A stretch of DNA of 13,546 nucleotides from a virus. A program made the position numbers and the translations under genes. The stretch lies in the IMG/VR virus record IMGVR_UViG_3300045988_094367; one strand, 5' to 3'. This document shows, one piece after another, positions 7,896-13,491 of the stretch. The notes beneath the pieces were generated by a model. That model was given only the letters and a program-made list of their open reading frames with translations. It was not told the DNA's origin and ran no database searches. How positions within the stretch are numbered: the stretch's first letter is position 1; each line of letters begins with the position of its first letter.

Positions 7896-8042
7896 GTGGC
7901 AATAAGTCACAAAGCTGTGACACCTTGTGACCTCTCGTGGATTAACTGACACAAATCCTGAGCTGTGCGAACTCATGCACACTGATCTGATACGATCCAC
8001 GCTCCCAACGTGATGCACATGTGCAGCGTTCAGTTGTCCACT
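7896..8042 (-). ncRNA. Candidate structured non-coding RNA (pRNA-like packaging RNA, or a structured 5' leader of the late operon)
   Basis: The 211-nt gap 7863-8073 has no credible ORF. By hand count, 68 of the 140 nt in 7901-8040 are G+C, against very AT-rich flanks. An 11-bp all-Watson-Crick interrupted helix (8041-8037/7937-7941 and 8035-8030/7944-7949) encloses hairpins 8029-8008 and 7983-7961. A further hairpin at 7921-7906 (GUCACA GCUU UGUGAC) is followed by UUAUU. A candidate promoter places +1 at about 8042/8041, at the base of the closing helix. Confidence 0.35.
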
Positions 8043-8048
8043 ACATAT

Positions 8049-8077
8049 ACAATAACATATTAAAAATAATTAGTCAA
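8049..8077 (-). promoter_or_regulatory. Candidate promoter for the non-coding island and/or the late operon
   Basis: On the minus strand: TTGACT (8077-8072, overlapping the ATPase TGA stop), a 17-nt spacer ending in TGt (extended -10), then TATTGT (8054-8049). The -10 matches only 4/6, so this is tentative. Confidence 0.3.
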
Positions 8078-9123
8078 TACTTGTCTTTAAAATAATTTTC
8101 AAATAATGATTTGCTTGTGATATCTTCAAATCGTATCTTATTAGACAAGTACATATCCCACAAATATACAAAGTCTCTGCGAAAAGCTTTTACATCCTTG
8201 TCCGTATTTGTGTATACCGGTGGTGTTCCTGAATTGTGGCGCGTGACATATATCATGTCTTTTCGCTTGTGCTGGTAAATTGTGACTGCATCCATTCTGC
8301 ATAATGGCAGCAGCTCTTTAATATTCATGGTTTTAATCCCCGAATAATCAGCGGAATAAAATTCATTGCCGAGTGCCATTCTGTTAAATGTGGAATTTTC
8401 ACCCGACATTTTGTACAATGCGGTCTCTTTTTTCTTCTCGGATATCGGAGAATCGAAAAGATTGAAAAGTGCAATCCCACGATCACGCATGATAGAGACG
8501 GACTGTTTTGATATATCCATACTAGATACTTTTTCCATTAAATCATTCTCGATAAACATATTACAGGATAAATTTTCTGAGTTGGAGAACATAAGAAACT
8601 GTATTGGTTCGTACCCCTCTAACTCACGATTTCGGTTCATGGTTTCGTATGCATTCTTGAATGCATATCCTGCATTTTCCACTTTTCGCTCTCGCTTTTC
8701 TGGAATAAATTCATCATAAATTCCAATTTCTACGTCTGACGCGTCGAATCCTCGCAAGTTAGCAAAAGTATTTAATGCTATGGCATAACCAAGGATTTCA
8801 CCTTTATATATTAGTTTACCATTTTCGTCTGTTTCTGTATGGTAAAATCCGGCAACATTTTTACCGATACTTTTCGGGTAAATTGACCATCCCATATCTT
8901 TATTCAGTTTTTTAAACGGTGACAATTCAGGAATTTTGATTGTATCAACCTGTGCTTGTAGTGATCTCATATAGACAAAAATCTTTTTATGCTCAATGCA
9001 GTACTTTAGTCCACCATATGTTTTCCCAGTTCCACGTCCACCCCAGATATAGTTGAATTTTTGCCCGTATCCTAAAACAGCAGGTATTGATAAATACCCG
9101 CTGTCTAAATATAAACTCTTCAT
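8074..9123 (-). CDS. DNA encapsidation (packaging) ATPase, phi29 gp16-like
   Basis: 349 aa. Walker A is GGRGTGKT (9019-9042) and Walker B-like is IGIYDEFIPEK. The layout and motifs parallel, from memory, phi29 gp16 (GARGIGKSY ... IVFDEFIREK ... RNRE ... LSN). SD GAGGAAG is present, with a TAATG overlap with the upstream gene. Confidence 0.85.
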   Translation of the reverse strand: MKSLYLDSGYLSIPAVLGYGQKFNYIWGGRGTGKTYGGLKYCIEHKKIFVYMRSLQAQVDTIKIPELSPFKKLNKDMGWSIYPKSIGKNVAGFYHTETDENGKLIYKGEILGYAIALNTFANLRGFDASDVEIGIYDEFIPEKRERKVENAGYAFKNAYETMNRNRELEGYEPIQFLMFSNSENLSCNMFIENDLMEKVSSMDISKQSVSIMRDRGIALFNLFDSPISEKKKETALYKMSGENSTFNRMALGNEFYSADYSGIKTMNIKELLPLCRMDAVTIYQHKRKDMIYVTRHNSGTPPVYTNTDKDVKAFRRDFVYLWDMYLSNKIRFEDITSKSLFENYFKDKY

Positions 9124-9554
9124 TATTTAACTTCCTCGGCCGGTTCGTCAAAACCGATTCCAAGTCTCTTAAGCGCCCTGTCTGGGGATACAAGCGCACA
9201 ATTGATAAATTCACGTCCTGACTTGCTTGTGTTATGCAACACTTCAATGAAAAAGTTTTCTGGAACTGGTTTCATTCTTTTCACCCTATCTACAATATTT
9301 GAAAAGCTATCACGGAAAGTCTTAGACTGTCCGCTATATGATTCCCCGGTGTTTGCATCCTGAATGCTGATACATTCAATCTCATGTCCGTCTTTGTCTT
9401 TAGTAAGATATTCAATCCACAAACCAACACAAATAATAGACTTGTGTGTAATGCGTTTCAGTGCCACATTTGCCGGACTTTCCAGTAAGTCATACTCATC
9501 ATATTCGTTGATTTCTCCTGATTTTTTGATAATTTTGAATTCTTTGTCTGCCAT
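9123..9554 (-). CDS. Putative single-stranded DNA-binding protein (phi29 p5-like)
   Basis: 143 aa with strong SD AAAGGAGA. The segment GESYSGQSKTFRDSFSNIVDRV...FFIEVLHNTSKSGREFINCAL resembles, from memory, phi29 p5 GSLYSAISKTVAEAASDLIDLV...FKVKVVQGTSSKGNVFFSLQL. It sits in the replication/packaging block. Confidence 0.4.
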   Translation of the reverse strand: MADKEFKIIKKSGEINEYDEYDLLESPANVALKRITHKSIICVGLWIEYLTKDKDGHEIECISIQDANTGESYSGQSKTFRDSFSNIVDRVKRMKPVPENFFIEVLHNTSKSGREFINCALVSPDRALKRLGIGFDEPAEEVK

Positions 9555-9557
9555 GGT

Positions 9558-9815
9558 TTAATTCTCCTTTTTTGATTTTGTAAATGTTGCATTATTTAAG
9601 AAATCTTCTGCATCCATTCCGTAAATTTTTGTTTCTTCTTCATTTCTTTCCCAGTCAATTACAATACCGAAATCTCTCTTTTTAATTTCCTTGTTAATCT
9701 GTTCATCTGTGAGATTTCCTATTAATGTTAATTCTTTTGTTACCTCACATTTATTAGTAACGTCATAACAAATAACATTAATTTTGTTGACTGTTAACTC
9801 TCTTGTAATTTTCAT
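9558..9815 (-). CDS. Small hypothetical protein (85 aa) of the middle operon
   Basis: The track ORF starts at a GTG at 9824. I prefer the ATG at 9815 (MKITREL...), with AGGTGAG 5 nt upstream. It is the first ORF after the consensus promoter. No recognisable motif. Confidence 0.5.
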   Translation of the reverse strand: MKITRELTVNKINVICYDVTNKCEVTKELTLIGNLTDEQINKEIKKRDFGIVIDWERNEEETKIYGMDAEDFLNNATFTKSKKEN

Positions 9816-9855
9816 TTTTCTCACCTACCTTTATAATTATATCTGTTGTAATTAT

Positions 9856-9884
9856 ATTATAGTACTAATATTAAATTCTGTCAA
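9856..9884 (-). promoter_or_regulatory. Perfect-consensus sigma-A/sigma-70 promoter (TTGACA-17-TATAAT) overlapping the DNA polymerase stop codon
   Basis: The minus strand reads cgcTTGACAgaatttaatattagtacTATAATat. The -35 is at 9884-9879, the spacer at 9878-9862 (17 nt), the -10 at 9861-9856. The polymerase stop TAA is at 9873-9871. Confidence 0.6.
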
Positions 9885-11952
9885 GCGTTTCTTTAAATTC
9901 TTTTAGTGTTCCTGCGTCTGCCAGTATTCTTCTGTATTCATCAGTAATTCCAATCGTATATGTTGACGGTTTAATCACTATGTTCTGACCAATGTAAATA
10001 GTGTGTCCGTCAATGGTATAATCTCCATACGGCACGTCATTATATACGGATTCTGTCCCACCAGCTTTTGAAAATGTGAACCCAGCTTTAAACGATGTTA
10101 TTCCCCCATGTTCTTCCAGCTCATCAGGTGCGTACTTTTTATTAACTCCGGCAATAGTAGTGTGTAGTGTTCCGTCCTCTTCACGGTATACATACTTTTT
10201 TGCCCCAAGTGTTGAAAATTCTGTATATGTCTTTTCGTACTCAAAAACACCCATGTAATGAACCTTCCCTTTTGTGTCGGTGGCAAAAGCATTATTTCTA
10301 GTACTATTTTCAATTCTCTTCTTATTATATTCTGCAAATTTATTGTCTATATCATCACCCAGCACTTTGACATATTTTACCGAATCTGTATCATCATATA
10401 AATATCTATCACCTACTATATTGATGCCCTCTTTTAACCGGTACCGCGCCCATGCAGTTACCCAAACCCCCCACTGGAAAGGTAAAAAAGCAGTTCGGTT
10501 ATATTCTGTAAGTAATGTTTCACGTGAAACATTTTCATCTACTTTAAATACTTCCTCGTCCGATTCCGTGAATATTAAAGACTGTTTTACGGGTGACTGA
10601 ACCATCATTCCATAGCCGGAATTTAATAATGCTTTCTGCAAATTATAAAAAAGTTCCTGTTCTGTGATTCCTTTTAGTTCGGTTTTGTCTATGTAGTATC
10701 TGCGGAATATGTCTTTAAGTTGTTCGGGGAGCTGTCCATACCTGCTTTCATAGCATTCAATGATCTGGAAGTCTGTCCACTTGTACTCTGCTTTCATAAT
10801 TTCATAGTCAATATCAGTGATCGTAGTTTCCAGATATTCTGATGATAATATACGTCCATTATCCAGTATTTCACACTTTACTTTTCTACATTTTGAATAT
10901 CCGAGATATGGCGCACCATAGTATTTGTCTTTTTGTTCAATTCCAGTGATCCTGCATCTAAATAGCAAAGCTTTTCCGCGTTCCAGTTTCTTTTCAATAT
11001 CGGATTCTTTCAGTGATCCTATATATACAAATTTAGTCATTGGAAAAGCATCGTTTAACACAACATCTGGATATGATGAAGACCTATCAAATGATCCAAT
11101 TCCTAGAATCTTTTTTCCATCTGCTTTTATAATAGTTCCTGAATAATATCGGTTTGCGTGCGTATCACCGCCTCGAAAAGCTTCTTCCAGCAAATCAAAA
11201 ACTCTGATATCTGGAAAAATATATTTATGATTTTTCGACCATCCAAACATAGCTTTCTTTGTCTCACGTCTGACATATCCTGTAGACGTGAGCGGAAGTG
11301 TGTACAGATTGTCATTTGCAAGAATCATTCGCTTATATATAGCTTCAAGCAAACCTATGGTATCATTTACTGAATATTGTAGTTCATATTCTGATAGTGG
11401 TGTCCAAGGATATCTCTTCTTTGAGTAATCAAAAATTTCACCTGACAGTTTAGTGTGCTTAACTTTCATTTTTTTCGTAAATGATTCAAGTCCCATATTT
11501 GTCTGCAGGTAAGAACATCGAAACTCAAATCTTGAATCCATTTCACATTTCAATATTTTCCGAGATTTAATAGCAAAAACTTCGTCCGGTGAAAATGTGT
11601 ATATTCCTCGCAAGAACTGGAATTCATATGACAGGTTATGCACAAAAATCATATAATATGCTTCATTATCATCTTTTCGCAACTGTGACATATGTAATTC
11701 AAATTCTGCCCAAGTTCTTCCAATGATTGTATCAATGTGCAAATCATCAAGAAAAAGTATTGAAAACTGCCAGATATACATAATTGACTGTTCAATCTCT
11801 GTTATTCTGGTAGTCTCAATATCAAACGCACACATACAATTTTTATATCCTTTTTTCTTTTTTGTTCCTCTATTTGATCTTGTATCATGTAAACATGGTA
11901 TATTCTGTATTCTAGTATAATCGTATGTTTCAACTGTATACAGATTTTCCAT
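9871..11952 (-). CDS. Family B DNA polymerase, protein-primed type (phi29 gp2-like)
   Basis: 693 aa. Motifs in canonical order: Exo I FDIETT, Exo II HNLSYEF, Exo III YSVNDTIGL, motif A FDRSSSYPDV (Dx2SLYP-type), motif B KALLNSGYG (Kx3NSxYG), motif C YDDTDSVKY (YxDTDS), and KxY in GAKKYVY. SD GGGGGAAG lies upstream of the ATG at 11952. Confidence 0.92.
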   Translation of the reverse strand: MENLYTVETYDYTRIQNIPCLHDTRSNRGTKKKKGYKNCMCAFDIETTRITEIEQSIMYIWQFSILFLDDLHIDTIIGRTWAEFELHMSQLRKDDNEAYYMIFVHNLSYEFQFLRGIYTFSPDEVFAIKSRKILKCEMDSRFEFRCSYLQTNMGLESFTKKMKVKHTKLSGEIFDYSKKRYPWTPLSEYELQYSVNDTIGLLEAIYKRMILANDNLYTLPLTSTGYVRRETKKAMFGWSKNHKYIFPDIRVFDLLEEAFRGGDTHANRYYSGTIIKADGKKILGIGSFDRSSSYPDVVLNDAFPMTKFVYIGSLKESDIEKKLERGKALLFRCRITGIEQKDKYYGAPYLGYSKCRKVKCEILDNGRILSSEYLETTITDIDYEIMKAEYKWTDFQIIECYESRYGQLPEQLKDIFRRYYIDKTELKGITEQELFYNLQKALLNSGYGMMVQSPVKQSLIFTESDEEVFKVDENVSRETLLTEYNRTAFLPFQWGVWVTAWARYRLKEGINIVGDRYLYDDTDSVKYVKVLGDDIDNKFAEYNKKRIENSTRNNAFATDTKGKVHYMGVFEYEKTYTEFSTLGAKKYVYREEDGTLHTTIAGVNKKYAPDELEEHGGITSFKAGFTFSKAGGTESVYNDVPYGDYTIDGHTIYIGQNIVIKPSTYTIGITDEYRRILADAGTLKEFKETLDRI

Positions 11953-11955
11953 GTC

Positions 11956-12597
11956 TTACTTCCCCCGTCTTTTCCTTTTTGCCACTTTTCTTTTCTGTCG
12001 TTTTGCTTTATCTCTCTTGTTGATGCTGGATTTCAGTTTTGTAATATTTCGTGATCCAGTTTTCAAAAATTCATGATATAGTTCAATCAATTTTTGATTA
12101 CTCAGGTTTTCACCCTCAGAATATAATTCTACTGCGAAATCGGAATCATAAATACGGTCTGACGCAAAATCGCGAACCTGTTCCATGAATTTGCCAAAAT
12201 TTAATAAATCTTCATGAGATTTTAAACCAACACCGAACACATCATTTATGTGTTTAATATGTTCTTTCTCTCGTTTCTTCATTCCTGAGACTGTTATGTC
12301 ACTGGATACTATAGCTGCCAGTTCGCTTAATAAATGATGTAATTCATAATTACTTTCAATCTGCCTTATTGGTTTATACCTGCTAATCGGACGTTCTTTT
12401 ACAAGTCCAATATCTGAGTATTCACTTGCGATTAATCTTTCATATCTTTTACGATAAATTGACCGTAAACGCGAATATTCCTGTCTGACTTCTTTTACAT
12501 CCCATGTAAGTTCCAACGCGAGCGGTGTATAATCTGCCCGCGCTTTTTTAAGTCCTAGTGGACGACTGCGTTTTTTACTGATTGATCGTTCTGCCAT
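11956..12597 (-). CDS. Candidate terminal protein (replication primer protein)
   Basis: 213-aa ORF immediately upstream of the protein-primed polymerase, 3 nt from it (the phi29 gp3 position). It has a basic N-terminus (MAERSISKKRSRPLGLKKAR), an ELYSEGENLSN motif resembling, from memory, phi29 TP EFDSEGNTVEN around priming Ser232, and a polybasic tail KRDKAKRQKRKVAKRKRRGK. Confidence 0.55.
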   Translation of the reverse strand: MAERSISKKRSRPLGLKKARADYTPLALELTWDVKEVRQEYSRLRSIYRKRYERLIASEYSDIGLVKERPISRYKPIRQIESNYELHHLLSELAAIVSSDITVSGMKKREKEHIKHINDVFGVGLKSHEDLLNFGKFMEQVRDFASDRIYDSDFAVELYSEGENLSNQKLIELYHEFLKTGSRNITKLKSSINKRDKAKRQKRKVAKRKRRGK

Positions 12598-12826
12598 AAT
12601 CTACTGTTTCACCGTCCTTTACAAGATGAAAATGTATCGGTCTAAAGTTCATACCATTTTCTACAATGTATTGCTGTACAATTGACATTGCAATTATGCC
12701 GGTATAAGCTTCAACATAAACATAATTACATTTCCCTTCACAATCTTTTTTCAATATATTCTGAGTGTTCAGTGGTTTTATAAATACTCTATACCATGAT
12801 TTTTTAGTGTTCATCGGTCTTGCCAT
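12575..12826 (-). CDS. Small early hypothetical protein (83 aa)
   Basis: The track ORF begins at 12847. I prefer the ATG at 12826 (MARPMNTKK...) because GGGGTGA lies about 9 nt upstream. It overlaps both neighbours by 23 nt. No motif recognised. Confidence 0.5.
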   Translation of the reverse strand: MARPMNTKKSWYRVFIKPLNTQNILKKDCEGKCNYVYVEAYTGIIAMSIVQQYIVENGMNFRPIHFHLVKDGETVDYGRTINQ

Positions 12827-13016
12827 TGTTATATTCACCCCATTCATTTACACATTCTATTAAATCATCAAAACTGGTTACCATTGACCACTGGAATTTA
12901 GGTATACATCCAAAACAGTCAATGAACTTTTTGCACTCTGACGCATAATCGCATTTTGAACACTCGAATGCAACAGCGTTGCACTCGAATGTTATTTCAA
13001 AAAATGATACTGCCAC
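12804..13016 (-). CDS. Small Cys-rich early protein, possible zinc-ribbon (two CxxC pairs)
   Basis: 70 aa with a GTG start at 13016 and a GGGGGG run 9 nt upstream. It has seven Cys (C12, C19, C22, C28, C34, C37, C55), including C19-x2-C22 and C34-x2-C37. Confidence 0.5.
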   Translation of the reverse strand: MAVSFFEITFECNAVAFECSKCDYASECKKFIDCFGCIPKFQWSMVTSFDDLIECVNEWGEYNNGKTDEH

Positions 13017-13080
13017 TCCATATTACCCCCCTAACGTAAATAATATATCATCAACAATTTCTGTATTTCCCAGTATATAA

Positions 13081-13278
13081 TCATCTACGTATATACCACA
13101 TATCAGTTACGCAAACTAATATCAAAATATCTGAATAATCTAAATATAATACATACCTTTTCCCCTGATACACACACGTATCAATCATTTTTGTATACTT
13201 TGATAATAGTTCAAAATTCCATACCCCTTTTGCATTGTTAGTTCTCCTCTTTAAATTTATATAATTGGTATTCATCAT
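13081..13278 (-). CDS. Small early protein, paralogue of 13238-13477. The start is uncertain and the gene may be frameshifted or a pseudogene.
   Basis: GVWNFELLSKYTKMIDTCVYQGKRYVLY..ILILVCVTDMWY aligns with GNWTFEQLEKHYYLIDTITYKGKKYAIY..QHIFVCITDKWY of the upstream gene. The ATG ATG at 13278/13275 has no SD and overlaps the upstream gene by 41 nt. The well-placed ATG at 13235, 8 nt after GAGGAG, is one base out of frame. Confidence 0.4.
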   Translation of the reverse strand: MMNTNYINLKRRTNNAKGVWNFELLSKYTKMIDTCVYQGKRYVLYLDYSDILILVCVTDMWYIRR

Positions 13279-13477
13279 GCAAGTGTGTTAATGTGTACCA
13301 TGCAAATTCAAATGTGTATGTATACCATTTATCCGTAATACATACAAATATGTGCTGATAATCGTCACCATATAGATTTGACTCATAAATTGCATATTTT
13401 TTCCCTTTATATGTAATTGTGTCAATTAAATAGTAATGTTTTTCAAGTTGTTCAAATGTCCAGTTCCCTTGTTCCAT
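13238..13477 (-). CDS. First early gene: small hypothetical protein (79 aa)
   Basis: The track ORF begins at the ATG at 13510, which lies inside the ITR and the -10 box. I prefer the ATG at 13477 (MEQGNWTFEQ...), with GAGAGG (13486-13491) 8 nt upstream, downstream of the predicted transcription start. Confidence 0.6.
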   Translation of the reverse strand: MEQGNWTFEQLEKHYYLIDTITYKGKKYAIYESNLYGDDYQHIFVCITDKWYTYTFEFAWYTLTHLHDEYQLYKFKEEN

Positions 13478-13491
13478 TTCTGATACCTCTC

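Noticed and set aside
7877-7902. TTGCCA ... TATAAT just upstream of the holin gene, as a late promoter.
   Set aside because: The spacer is only 14 nt. The TATAAT abuts the AAGGAG Shine-Dalgarno, so a transcript starting about 7 nt downstream would lack the ribosome-binding site.
7960-8022. A small ORF inside the non-coding island (minus strand, MCITLGAWIVSDQCA, from the ATG at about 8020).
   Set aside because: Only 15 codons and no SD. It lies within the predicted helices, so the region is better explained as RNA structure or regulatory sequence.
9816-9824. The GTG at 9824 as the start of the 88-aa track ORF.
   Set aside because: The GTG is itself part of the purine-rich AGGTGAG that serves as the SD for the ATG at 9815. 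The ATG start gives normal spacing.
799-11920. All plus-strand track ORFs (953-1171, 1149-1346, 1670-1918, 2353-2628, 2394-2639, 3195-3392, 3468-3707, 4595-4789, 4790-4975, 5008-5199, 5860-6105, 6328-6510, 6378-6629, 7535-7729, 8366-8719, 9364-9561, 10076-10258, 10274-10600, 10925-11146, 11158-11373, 11723-11920). Also the short minus-strand ORFs nested out of frame in larger genes (799-1005, 2017-2214, 6491-6673, 7374-7565, 8993-9247, 10098-10337, 11127-11321).
   Set aside because: Each lies entirely within or across a long, motif-supported minus-strand gene. None has a Shine-Dalgarno sequence, their composition is low-complexity or biased, and several start at non-ATG codons. They are best explained as frame shadows of the real genes.
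13042-13050. The extended -10-like TGATATATT in the 13017-13080 intergenic gap, as an internal early promoter.
   Set aside because: There is no acceptable -35 at 16-18 nt (GGAAAT). I could not distinguish it from the AT-rich background, so it is mentioned only as context for the Cys-rich gene.
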